Notes under the pieces: generated by a model | Seen by the model: only the letters and a program-made list of their open reading frames with translations | Database searches by the model: none | What the model was told of the DNA's origin: nothing | Source of the DNA: an uncultured Nitrososphaerales archaeon | GTDB taxonomy: Archaea; Thermoproteota; Nitrososphaeria; Nitrososphaerales; Nitrososphaeraceae | Assembly (NCBI GenBank): GCA_963709405.1 | Contig: CAVPXM010000038.1 | Span: 1 to 64,000 of the forward strand | DNA: 64,000 bases | Direction of reading: 5' to 3' | Part shown: piece after piece, positions 24,012 to 34,239 of the stretch | Numbering within the stretch: position 1 is the stretch's first letter | Layout: every line of letters begins with the position of its first letter | Program-made: the position numbers and the translations under genes

Positions 24012-25391
24012 CTAAAGTATTTCACTTTGTAATTTTTGGTTGGAAATCAAATAGGTTCTCACATTCGTATTGTATTTGACAGAAGGCTTTTCTTTATTCG
24101 CAATGTAACCGATAATTGATGGATCATAGTAGTGCTTTCGCAAATCTTCGATGATCAAGTTTGAAATATTCGACGGTGCTACGATCAAATGACAGCCATT
24201 TGCTGGAATGGTGGAGTTTGCAATCAAAAATTCCTTCGTTAGAAATTTGGCAATCCCATCATACGCCATTGGTATGTCATTTATGACAATCTCTGAATTT
24301 GTCAAAATCGATAGTTTGTTAACTGCGAATATCCCGTCGCTGGAAACTGGATAAACAGCCATTATGTGCTCAGATTTGTCGAAATTCATGCCAAAGTCAG
24401 GACAATACTTTGAAATTATTCTACCAAGCGAGAACCTGGGCTCACTAAGGTTTTTAAGTATTAGATCCTTGGCAGCGGAGAGTTTTAGTGGATTAATATC
24501 ATTTTGTTCAAACTTGGACATGATGCTCGAATCCATTTTAGTCAACATGAAAAGACTAAAGGCTGATAAAGCTCCAAATTTATTTGAAATTATTACTTGC
24601 ATTCCCGTCTCAACCTGATCATATTTTACAGGTAACTCTTTCAACGTATTTGCTATTGCGGTATTCCCAAAGAAGACCTTTCCGACTTTAAGTGAGCTAT
24701 AGTCTTCCATTCCCAAATTATATCGTGACGTAAATGCATCAAGATTTCTCCTGATTTTATCCAGCATATCTTCAGATGCAGCATCGTATATTGGGAATAA
24801 CTTGAAACCGGAAGTGCATCCAAGAAGGTTTAGATGATCTATTGTTTTAACCATGGCAATATTGCTATGAATCTCCGAATCCAGCTTCAATGTTGGATCA
24901 ATTATTTGAGTTGCAGAATTACTAGCCGCAGTATATCCCACTTTATCGCCCTTATGCAGTTTGACGTAGTCTAGCAGTGCAAATTGAGATTCTTGATGAG
25001 ATGTCAAAGTTACAGTGTTCTTTCTAATTAGAACCTTTGATTGAAACCTTTTAAAAAAATTAAGTAACACATTTTCAAATAATGATTGATTTTCACCTAT
25101 CTCGCTATAGAGCTGAAATAGAGAAAGAGCATGACGAATCTCGACTTCTTTCTCGACAGTATGTTCATTAAAGTCAAATACCCTTCGGGTAAGTTCTGGG
25201 ACTTTTTTTTCTGAATAATAAAATGCATCGAACCAATTAGGATCTATCTTTATGCTACATCGTTTAACTTTCCCTAATGTAGCTTGCAATAAATCGCCAT
25301 CAAGTTCGTTAGAGCATGTAGGAATCCAACGCAAAGGATCAAAGCCAGCCATTCTGTAATCGGATACCTGATCCCAGAAATTTTCAGTCAA
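24012..25391 (-). CDS. SelD-like (PurM/AIR synthase superfamily) protein
   Basis: YRMAGFDPLRW..TC, QIIDPT, ANGCHLIV and C-terminal PSIIG resemble the archaeal SelD-related family. Confidence 0.7.
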   Translation of the reverse strand: MTENFWDQVSDYRMAGFDPLRWIPTCSNELDGDLLQATLGKVKRCSIKIDPNWFDAFYYSEKKVPELTRRVFDFNEHTVEKEVEIRHALSLFQLYSEIGENQSLFENVLLNFFKRFQSKVLIRKNTVTLTSHQESQFALLDYVKLHKGDKVGYTAASNSATQIIDPTLKLDSEIHSNIAMVKTIDHLNLLGCTSGFKLFPIYDAASEDMLDKIRRNLDAFTSRYNLGMEDYSSLKVGKVFFGNTAIANTLKELPVKYDQVETGMQVIISNKFGALSAFSLFMLTKMDSSIMSKFEQNDINPLKLSAAKDLILKNLSEPRFSLGRIISKYCPDFGMNFDKSEHIMAVYPVSSDGIFAVNKLSILTNSEIVINDIPMAYDGIAKFLTKEFLIANSTIPANGCHLIVAPSNISNLIIEDLRKHYYDPSIIGYIANKEKPSVKYNTNVRTYLISNQKLQSEIL

Positions 25392-25896
25392 TTATAACCT
25401 CTCCCAATATTCACTTAAACCTAATCTTATTGACACGATATATAGAAAAACACTGCTTAATAAACAAAACTTTTGGATCATCGTAAAATAATTTCCAAAA
25501 ATCATAATTCAGAGTCGGTCTAATAAATATAACAGCGCAATTTAAGCACCGTAAGAATCATCTGAATATCAATCTAGTTGATTTTGGTAGATAGACGTAG
25601 AAAAAATATAGTTCGATTGAAAATAATACAGATCACCTGCAACAATTGGTTGGAAATACACAAGGCATTGAAATGACATGTTCAGGAATGAACATAGATA
25701 ATACTACTAACGAACGTAATTGTGGTTCGAATTACCTCAGGTCTCGAATAAATAGTATGAGAATGATGAGGAAAGTTTGAATGTATAGTAGCATCTTATT
25801 GCTCGAGGAATTTGGTCTTATCTGGAAAGTTGCATTTGCAACAGATTTTGAATATTTTGAAAGTCAATGAAACAATAGTCGAAATAAAGCGACTAT

Positions 25897-26343
25897 TCAT
25901 TCCTCCATATTTGAGTCAACATATAACTTGATTCCAAGATGTCTCTCAAGTTTTCTGGCTAATATTTCATCGGGTTTTAATGCGCCTGTTTCGAATTTCC
26001 TCAACAGGGTTGCTCTTTCATTCATTAGGTTTCCTAATTGCTCATGTGTAAAACCTTTTTTCATACGGGCCTCTCTTATTAATCTTGCAAAATCAAAGGT
26101 AAGTATAGTATCATCAGTCATCTGGATCTTTTTGGCCGAAGAAGCACTTCTGTTTGTACTGGATTTTATGGGATTTGTGACTTTTCCACCACGATTTATT
26201 GTGTTGCTGTCAGAAGAAACCGATTCGCGAGGTTTACCGTGCTTTGAGCATGGGATGCATACATTAAACGGAATACCATCTATCAAGACGGCTCTTTGTC
26301 CAGTTGTAAGTTGACGTCCGCACAGTTCACAATATGACGGCAT
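25897..26343 (-). CDS. mbf1: archaeal multiprotein bridging factor 1
   Basis: CELCG...VCIPC Zn ribbon plus HTH IREARMKKG...LRKFETG.LKP. Confidence 0.9.
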   Translation of the reverse strand: MPSYCELCGRQLTTGQRAVLIDGIPFNVCIPCSKHGKPRESVSSDSNTINRGGKVTNPIKSSTNRSASSAKKIQMTDDTILTFDFARLIREARMKKGFTHEQLGNLMNERATLLRKFETGALKPDEILARKLERHLGIKLYVDSNMEE

Positions 26344-26613
26344 AGGATTAAAAGCAACTATTGTAAATTTAGCCTTTTCTTCGGCATAACCCTTCGAATC
26401 CTATGTGATCTGCACTGATGTGTGAGACTGATTCGTTCTAATTATTCGAAAACCTAGATAATACTCTATCCTCATTACTCCCAGCACGGTTTATGGCTTT
26501 GGTATTTTAAGCAAAGTGATTCGTCGTTAGTTTTACCTTTTCCAAAAGTTACGTTTAATTCTGATAAGATTTATTTTGTATTTGACTTCTTTGAACTGTT
26601 GTGATTTGTATTA

Positions 26614-27072
26614 TTGGATCCTAATGAAAAAATCTACCACCATCTAAAAGCCTTATTTAACATAGATATTCTTCCAATGGGAGAATTGCAGTTTGAATAT
26701 TCGAGGAAAACTGGCCGGATTAAAAATTTTAGTATTGGAGGAAGTCTATTTGCCACCTTAAGGACTGATGGAGGACTCGCCATAACAATATTCGGCGCTA
26801 AAAAACTCATGCAAAACAAGGGCTTCAAAGAGAATTGTGTAATACCTAACTCAGACTCTTTACCATTTGTCTGCGAAGGGCGATCATTATTTTGTAAACA
26901 CGTGGAATGGTGTGGATCAAATGTTGAGGTAGGATCAGACGTAGCAATTATAGACCCGCATGATAATGTTTTAGCTGTAGGAAGAGCACTTCTAGGAGCT
27001 AAGGTAATGAAAAATTATCGGAAGGGTGTAGCAGTCAAGGTTAGAGAAGGAATAAAAAGCCGACTGAAATAA
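26614..27072 (+). CDS. PUA-domain RNA-binding protein (TGT C-terminal-like)
   Basis: SRKTGRIK, GRSLFCKHV, AVGRA, GVAVKVREG. Confidence 0.85.
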   Translation: MDPNEKIYHHLKALFNIDILPMGELQFEYSRKTGRIKNFSIGGSLFATLRTDGGLAITIFGAKKLMQNKGFKENCVIPNSDSLPFVCEGRSLFCKHVEWCGSNVEVGSDVAIIDPHDNVLAVGRALLGAKVMKNYRKGVAVKVREGIKSRLK

Positions 27073-27087
27073 GTATTCACGATTGAT

Positions 27088-27426
27088 ATGATGCGTGGAG
27101 GCAATCGTGAGATGAGAAGAATGCTTGACAAGATGGGGTTGGAGATGAAGGACATGGGTAATGTTGAAGAGGTCGTTATCAAAACAGAAACTAGGGAACT
27201 CTATCTCATAAAACCTCAGATAATAGAGATGAAAGGGAAAGATAGCACTATCTTTCAAGTTGTTGCAAGCGATATTCAAGAAAGGCAAAGAGAGATTCCA
27301 TTTTTCAAAGAAGAAGATATAGTACTTGTCATGCAGCAGGCAAACGTAACAAAAGAAAAGGCGATCCAGGCGCTAACTGACTCAAAGGGCGACATGGCAC
27401 AAGCTATTTTAAACCTCACTATATGA
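27088..27426 (+). CDS. nac: nascent polypeptide-associated complex protein
   Basis: MRRMLDKMG...VEEVVI...EEDIVLVMQQANV...GDMAQAIL. Confidence 0.93.
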   Translation: MMRGGNREMRRMLDKMGLEMKDMGNVEEVVIKTETRELYLIKPQIIEMKGKDSTIFQVVASDIQERQREIPFFKEEDIVLVMQQANVTKEKAIQALTDSKGDMAQAILNLTI

Positions 27427-27651
27427 ATTAAAAATCAGTAGTATGAATCATGAGTGGCACTCATAGGTTTACTAGTACCTATGTCCGGCGTTATCCGTTT
27501 GAATCAGCTTCAAACTTGGGCCATGCAAGTCTAGTACTTACATTATGTAATTTCCTTCAATCTACAGTGTCGAAGAATCTATAGACAATTATACGGAGTT
27601 AGCCATTATTTCTGGATGGAATATCGCAATGCCTTTTATTGTGATCTAAGG

Positions 27652-28038
27652 TTACAGCACAGTATTTGCACTATGAGTGTTTCTCTCTGTAATTAGGCTA
27701 TCTGACTCTAGTGATTTATTAATTAACGGTCGTATTTGTGACAACTCCAAAACAAACTTTTCTAGTAAGAGAACAGCATTTAGATCTATGTTGAGCTTGT
27801 ACATATTAGTTTTTCCGATTCTTCGGCTATTGTATATCAATTGAATTCTTTCAAGATCAGGTATTTCCCTAAAAATAGTCCTAAATGACAGACCAGTTTT
27901 TTGAGAGATTTCGCTTGCAGAATAATCAAATTCCTTATGGTCAAGAAAAAAATCTAGTATCTGAGCAACAGCTCTAGAAGAAAATAGTCTTACCAAAATA
28001 CCGCAATCGGGTTCATCAGCATAGCTTCCAATTATCAC
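27652..28038 (-). CDS. winged-helix (ArsR-like) DNA-binding protein
   Basis: ILDFF...YSASEISQKTGLSFRTI...RRIGKTNMYKLN. Confidence 0.75.
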   Translation of the reverse strand: MIIGSYADEPDCGILVRLFSSRAVAQILDFFLDHKEFDYSASEISQKTGLSFRTIFREIPDLERIQLIYNSRRIGKTNMYKLNIDLNAVLLLEKFVLELSQIRPLINKSLESDSLITERNTHSANTVL

Positions 28039-28172
28039 AGCTTATCTAATACTCTGCCATATTTGTCTCTTTCTATGAAAAGTCATACGCACAGGAATTA
28101 TTTTCAGCACATATTATGTTGACAGATATGTCCACATATCAACGAATAAATATCTAACCAGTATTATTTGCA

Positions 28173-28901
28173 GTGATGGATTCATACAAAACAGCAATAC
28201 TTCGCATTCTAGTAAAGCGCTACAAGAATCCAATTGAAATATCCGATTTGGTTAATGGGTTTCCGAGCCATGTTAAAAACGAGGTATCAGATTCAGTTCT
28301 CTATTTACACACGCTTGGATATGTTTCGATTTATCATTCACCTACCGGCAATAAATATGTCTCATTAAAACCACAGATGAAAAGAGAGGCCTTACATTTA
28401 GTGAATCCCGAATTTAGCATTTCAGATAAGAATATGCACGGGGAGATTACCGATAAGATGTACAACACAAATACACAAATGAAACAGACGATTCCTGGAA
28501 TGGGATGCGCTAATAGGAAATTGGCCACACAAAGATCGGTTATAGGAGTAATTATTCTAATTTCCGTATTATCATCGTGGTCATTATTGAATGCATACAA
28601 TCATCTTGGAACCGCAGATCCTGTATTGAATAAAGTCAATAGCATACAACAACAGGGCTCCAGTATGTATATAAACCGTTTAATGTCTGAAAGGAATTCG
28701 GATTTGATATTAGTCTCCAATTATATAATTGGGCCTTACAGTTTTGCACTCATCCAAACTGAATATCCAGCATCATTCTCAACATCATCACACGATCATA
28801 TCGATTATCTTAATGTAATAATTGAACAGACATATTCCACCGTGGATAAGAATTCGATCATAAAGGTCATTTCTCAAGACTCGCACAAGTATAGAATTTA
28901 G
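28173..28901 (+). CDS. hypothetical protein with N-terminal wHTH-like domain and one TM segment
   Basis: AILRILV...IEISDL...LYLHTLGYV; hydrophobic VIGVIILISVLSSWSLL. Confidence 0.6.
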   Translation: MMDSYKTAILRILVKRYKNPIEISDLVNGFPSHVKNEVSDSVLYLHTLGYVSIYHSPTGNKYVSLKPQMKREALHLVNPEFSISDKNMHGEITDKMYNTNTQMKQTIPGMGCANRKLATQRSVIGVIILISVLSSWSLLNAYNHLGTADPVLNKVNSIQQQGSSMYINRLMSERNSDLILVSNYIIGPYSFALIQTEYPASFSTSSHDHIDYLNVIIEQTYSTVDKNSIIKVISQDSHKYRI

Positions 28902-28977
28902 AGACTGGTAATATTTTACCGTCATATTCCACCCCCAGGATCTCACTGAATTTTGTTATTTTGATTACCTTGCAATT

Positions 28978-30129
28978 CTAGGCAATGCTAATAAATGGAT
29001 CGCCGTGCGATAAGATTATCTTTGAGATTTCGGGTCTCATCAAATACTCTGCAGGTGTTTCGCCGGAGCTAACCATCTTTCTCATCTTAGTACCGCTCAA
29101 AAGTTCTCTAAATTCTAATCCGTGTGGACAGTTCTTATCGTTCGAATATCCCAAGCATTTTTTGCAGTAATAAAATTCTGAAAAAAATATTGGCTCGATC
29201 CCGAGATCTGGATAATCCTTAAAGATCTCGTGAGCAGCAAATGGTTGATAATACTGACCAACGCCAGCATGATCCCTACCAACAATAAAGTGAGAACAAC
29301 CAAAGTTTTTCCTCATTATTGCGTGATGAATCGCTTCCTTGGGTCCGGCGTACCTCATCTCGGTATGAAGCGTTGCGAAAATCGTACTTTCCCTAGGGTA
29401 GTAATTACGGATTAGAGAGTCATAAGCCTTTAGAATCAACTCATCCTTGAAATCCCCTTGTTTTTTCTTACCGATCAAGGGATTCAAAAACAAGCCGTCG
29501 TAAATATTCAAAGCAGCTTTTTGCATCATCTCGTGAGCAATGTGCGGCACGTTTCTAGTTTGGAATCCCACGACAGTTTTCCACCCTCGCTTCTGAATTT
29601 CAGATCTTGTTTCCCGAGGAATCATTCGAAACTTCCTTAATGGGGATTGCGAGATTCTGGACGTCACATCAACTTTTCCTCCGATGAGCCAATCATTCAT
29701 TTCCCATATTTTCTTGACACCGGGATGTTTTAGGTCATTGGTCTTGTAAAGCGCTTTTGACACAAAAGACTTTTCTATTGGATAAGCTTCTTCAATGTGG
29801 AGAATGCCGAAGTTTTCGTTGTTGTTTTTCAATAAAACTTCCTTAGCATCCCTCATCCTAATAGAAGTCTGTTTGTCAACATCCAAAATAATTGGGATGG
29901 TCCATGGTAAATCATTTTTTAGTCTTCCATGCATGACAATATTTTGAAAATCCTCTTGTCCAACGAACCCCTCTAATGGACTAAAAATACCGTCAGATAT
30001 GTTTTCAATATCATTTCTAAGATCATTACCAATCTCTACAAATGTCATACCGTCAAAATTCTTATTAGTCTCAAGAAGTCTATTCACCAATCTGCCACCA
30101 TGAGGCAATATTGAATTACATTGACTCAA
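28978..30129 (-). CDS. sat: sulfate adenylyltransferase
   Basis: FQTRNVPHIAHE, MRYAGPKEA, HFIVGRDHAG, LSGTKMR. Confidence 0.97.
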   Translation of the reverse strand: MSQCNSILPHGGRLVNRLLETNKNFDGMTFVEIGNDLRNDIENISDGIFSPLEGFVGQEDFQNIVMHGRLKNDLPWTIPIILDVDKQTSIRMRDAKEVLLKNNNENFGILHIEEAYPIEKSFVSKALYKTNDLKHPGVKKIWEMNDWLIGGKVDVTSRISQSPLRKFRMIPRETRSEIQKRGWKTVVGFQTRNVPHIAHEMMQKAALNIYDGLFLNPLIGKKKQGDFKDELILKAYDSLIRNYYPRESTIFATLHTEMRYAGPKEAIHHAIMRKNFGCSHFIVGRDHAGVGQYYQPFAAHEIFKDYPDLGIEPIFFSEFYYCKKCLGYSNDKNCPHGLEFRELLSGTKMRKMVSSGETPAEYLMRPEISKIILSHGDPFISIA

Positions 30130-30157
30130 AGGTAATCACTATTATTATTCACTATTA

Positions 30158-30907
30158 TTATTTTTCGCTAGTTTTCCAGTGTAAACCGCATTCCTTATGC
30201 ATCGTGTTCTCCCACCACCATCTACCAGATCTTTGATCATCACCAGGTTTTACGGCCCTTGTACACGGTTCACAGCCTATACTTGGATATCCCAGATCAT
30301 GTAACTTATTATAAGGTATATTATTTCTTTTAATATAATCCCAAACCATATCTGTATTCCAATCTGCTAAGGGATTAACTTTAACGATGTTTCCGTGTAA
30401 GTCATCTATCTCTATCTTTTTAATATTTAGCCTCGTACTTGTTTGATCTCTTCTTAATCCTGTGATCCACGCATCAAGATTGCTTAATGCTCTGTCAAGT
30501 GGCCTAATCTTTCTGACCTCACAGCAGAGTTTCCTATTATCGATGCTGTCATACATTAAATTTAATCCCTTCGTCCTCACCATTTGCTCGACATCACTTC
30601 GTTCTGGAAAATATATTTCAATGGGGATGTCATACCTCTTGCGAATTACATCGATTATATCATAGGTTTCTTGGTCAAGTCTTCCAGTGTCGAGTGTGAA
30701 AATTTTAGTCTTTTTATTGATCTTACTAATTAAATCAACAAGGACAACATCCTCGGCGCCAAAGCTCGAAGCAAGGCCTATGCCCAATCCGTACGTATCG
30801 ATAGCCCACTTCAAAACTTCATACGCGGATTCATTCTCCATTTTGACCGCTATGTCTATCAATTGCGGTATTGTTGGCTTTGATACACTAGAATTACCCA
30901 GAATCAT
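30158..30907 (-). CDS. cysH: APS/PAPS reductase (4Fe-4S type)
   Basis: SSFGAED, LCCEVRK, WITGLRRDQ, SIGCEPCT, KECGLH. Confidence 0.95.
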   Translation of the reverse strand: MILGNSSVSKPTIPQLIDIAVKMENESAYEVLKWAIDTYGLGIGLASSFGAEDVVLVDLISKINKKTKIFTLDTGRLDQETYDIIDVIRKRYDIPIEIYFPERSDVEQMVRTKGLNLMYDSIDNRKLCCEVRKIRPLDRALSNLDAWITGLRRDQTSTRLNIKKIEIDDLHGNIVKVNPLADWNTDMVWDYIKRNNIPYNKLHDLGYPSIGCEPCTRAVKPGDDQRSGRWWWENTMHKECGLHWKTSEK

Positions 30908-31261
30908 AAATGAAGCATTGTAGTCGTAGACTTATATTCATATCTTTTCATCAGTAATTAAACATCTGCGATCATAGTTCTACCATAGTCGAATTACAAC
31001 AAGTCTATTTCATTGTGTAAAAATGCAGTTGCAGATGAAACGTACTCCAAAAAAGGTTACCATGAAATAGGGAAGGCTGTATCAAAAAGTGTGCTAATGC
31101 ATAAAGATCCATTCGGTCCTAATATTATAAAAAATGACTCTGAAATTAAGTGAATTGTTATGGTATTATCAAATAGCAAAAGTGTTTGAATCTAATAAAG
31201 GGATAATTTTCGCTCTGACGTGAAGACTTTTATATGAATAAATTGTAATAAGAAGTATCTT

Positions 31262-31717
31262 TTGTCATCACACATAATTAAATCTATAAAAGTTTCTGTT
31301 AAATCTAAGAGCGATTTGCTTGACCAGGCCTATGATGCGATTTCAAAAAGTGGTGAGGATGGGATCTTTCAGACCGAGCTTTGTAGAGTTTTTTCATTAG
31401 ATAGCAGAGATGGTTCTAGACTAGTGGGTAATTTAGAAAAGCAGTCGCTTATTTCTCGTGAAAAAATTCTTTATAAGGGTAGATGGACATATAAATTGGT
31501 TTTAAGGAAATCCATAGCTTCTGCAGAGTCTGCCAAGAAACCAATAGATGTGGCCAGCGTGGAAGGGGCTCCTTGTTTTAGTTGTACATATCAGCATTTG
31601 TGTTCATCAGATGACGATACAAGTCAATACAGCCCCGCAAGGTGTACATGGATAGAGGAGTGGGTTTTAACAAGCTTTGGTCGCGCTATAGATACTCATC
31701 AGAATTCAGAAATCTAA
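31262..31717 (+). CDS. Rpc34 / TFE-beta-like protein (wHTH + C-terminal Cys cluster)
   Basis: GIFQTEL...LDSRDGSRLV..LEK..LI.R and PCFSC...C...PARC..IEEW. Confidence 0.75.
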   Translation: MSSHIIKSIKVSVKSKSDLLDQAYDAISKSGEDGIFQTELCRVFSLDSRDGSRLVGNLEKQSLISREKILYKGRWTYKLVLRKSIASAESAKKPIDVASVEGAPCFSCTYQHLCSSDDDTSQYSPARCTWIEEWVLTSFGRAIDTHQNSEI

Positions 31718-32002
31718 ATCTTAAAATTCGGTAATATTTTCTTGAAAACTGTAGATAGTGATACCTTCAAGACTACCGCGGCCTGAGCATTTTTATAGCT
31801 TTCTTTCAACGCTAACAACATCATAAATTGTTTGGCATTCTAGACCTATTATCTTCCTCTTTCAGTTCATGGAGTAGTTCTCACTTCACCTAGGTACCAT
31901 TTTACCGATAATAAGAGATTGGACATGATAGATCGTATTTGTCATTAGAATCAAACTACGAAGCAAATATCTACCCAATAATGATTTTTGGACATTAATC
32001 TG

Positions 32003-32518
32003 TTAAATTTCATTAGTAAATGATTTTGAAGATGAACTGAATCCAGATTCTATGTCAGCTTGCCCTACCACTTTCCATGTTATTTTTTTTCCTGTGGACG
32101 GATTTGTAATTTGTTTGATGATTTCTGCATTAACATTGGATGGTGTAACAGTAAATTGAGACTGCAATTGAGCGTCGGTATTCGAAAGTAGTTGAGGCCT
32201 TCCATTAACAGGAACATCCTCATACGATAAAAGCCCTTCACCCAATGGTTGACCGTTTGCAAACAACTGATATTCGATCTTTGAAGTAGTTAATGATTTG
32301 TCAGTTGGATTATGTACGTCAAAAATTAGGTTCAAATGAACCATTCGAGGATTATCTGCAGTTGCATTTTTTACGACTTCTACCTTGCCGAGACTTATTG
32401 TAACATCTTTTATATCAGTTGGCAAGGTTATAGTCAGAATCAAAGGGAGAAGGACTATCGTCGCCACCACGGCAGCAATTACACCAATAAGAATGATCCT
32501 GCGTTTGCTTAGTAGCAT
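32003..32518 (-). CDS. LEA_2/WHy-domain membrane-anchored protein
   Basis: N-terminal TM; FDVHNPT...IEYQLFANG..LGEG. Confidence 0.7.
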   Translation of the reverse strand: MLLSKRRIILIGVIAAVVATIVLLPLILTITLPTDIKDVTISLGKVEVVKNATADNPRMVHLNLIFDVHNPTDKSLTTSKIEYQLFANGQPLGEGLLSYEDVPVNGRPQLLSNTDAQLQSQFTVTPSNVNAEIIKQITNPSTGKKITWKVVGQADIESGFSSSSKSFTNEI

Positions 32519-32611
32519 ATATCTATACAGCTACTGAGTATAAGAGTGAATTAAAAGTTTTCTTCCTACAGCATAAGATAATATTATCATTGCATACCAA
32601 ATATTCGTTAA

Positions 32612-33109
32612 ATGCCACTACTCGATGTCTTTGTTATTTGGTTACACCTAATATGCGCTTCAATATGGGTTGGTGGCTCCATCTTTCTTGGTTTAATCCT
32701 TGCACCAATGCTAGGCGCTATTACAAATAGCATGGAAGAGCGCCTTTCGATTATGATAAGAGTCGGGAGGAGGTTTAACACAGTTGCGCTACCCTCTCTT
32801 TTTATTTTGATTATAACCGGATTATATAATTCACGCGCCTCCTTGATCGACCCGGGTACACTATTTGGAACTAGTTATGGTATCATTCTTTTGATCAAGA
32901 TCGTAGTAGTGATCGCTATGCTCGCTACTTATTTTATTCATATTAGACTTCTTAGCAACGAAGTCGAAAAGAGGATTAGGTCTGAAAATGTTTATGGTCT
33001 ATATGTTCAATCCATCCGCTCGAAAATAATTGTACTTGGGAGAATTACTGTGATAATGTCAGTCGTAATTCTTCTACTTGCTGCCTTCCTCCAAAATGGA
33101 GGACTATAA
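32612..33109 (+). CDS. CopD-family membrane protein
   Basis: WLHLICASIWVGG...ITGLYN...YGIILLIK. Confidence 0.8.
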   Translation: MPLLDVFVIWLHLICASIWVGGSIFLGLILAPMLGAITNSMEERLSIMIRVGRRFNTVALPSLFILIITGLYNSRASLIDPGTLFGTSYGIILLIKIVVVIAMLATYFIHIRLLSNEVEKRIRSENVYGLYVQSIRSKIIVLGRITVIMSVVILLLAAFLQNGGL

Positions 33110-33954
33110 TCTTGAAGCACTAGTTGCATACTACTTGATAAAAATAGCTGTGATACTATAAGAGGTAAGTTTTGCTCACCCAGATAGTAAAGTTCAATAT
33201 AGATGGATTGAGGCAAGATGTAACAGTAACAAGAATAATAAAGAATCAAGATAGTAATTAAATGTTAAATGCTAAAAAATAGTCCCTAGCGACTGGTAAT
33301 TTTTTCCTTCTATAACCCGGCCGATTTTCATTCGGTTCGCACGTAAATTATCATAGGGATTTTAGAATAAGGCTCGAAAGCTTATGAAATTATGAGGATC
33401 ATTAACTCCAGCCCGCTCTCACCTTCAGTTTCTTAAAATTCATAATCACAACAGACTAGTAGTCAACGATTCTCAAAACGGTTAAAAGCAAAACACACAA
33501 GTAATTGGAATAAGAAGGTAGGTCAGTAATAACAAAAATATAGTGATGATCATAGTTGAGTTACCTAGCTGTGACCGCGAAACATGCTTGGACCATATTA
33601 TATTCATCCTACATATACCCGTTCATAAACGAATAATATCGACGACTAAAGCACAAAGTAACAATATTCAGATATTTATTTATACCAAGGCATACTATCA
33701 TGGTATTGCGATCATTGTTCACAGAGTAATTAATCACTGTGGAATATTGAGAAACTTGTTTAACTACATACAACTATAGATTATGTATGAAAATAGGCAT
33801 AATATCAGGTTTTGATAAACCTAGTTTGAATGAGAGAAGTGTCAATATCTATATGACCTAGGTAAGACGAGCTCTACATAACAAGTGGCAACAAATACTC
33901 TGTTAAATGATCCATTAGGATTTTAGTTTATTTAAGCCGATGGTCAAATCATTG

Positions 33955-33976
33955 GGTCCTGTTAACTTAGAGATAC
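33955..33976 (-). mobile_element. isolated IS6-like terminal inverted repeat
   Basis: GGTCCTGTTAACTTAGAGATAC is 20/22 identical to the reverse complement of 12695-12716. Confidence 0.6.
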
Positions 33977-34239
33977 AGGCTCCTTTAGAACTAATTTAAT
34001 AGCCAATTGTATTGGAGTTTTACCTTCTGAAAAAAGAAGATAAGCTTGAGATGAATTAGACAAGGATTCCTTGTAATATTCACAAAAGGTTATTTGTGAA
34101 TATTTAGAAACTACTTCGTGTTAAATTCCTTTCAGACAATAGATTATGCGCCAACCATTCCTGGTGCCGGTCAACAGCCAATTGAATTACATGGATCCGG
34201 TTCTAGTATTCTCGTCGATTCATAAATATGGATGTGGAT

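Noticed and set aside
25715-25740. tRNA suggested by GGTTCGAAT
   Set aside because: No acceptor, D or anticodon arms can be built; only a short hairpin is present.
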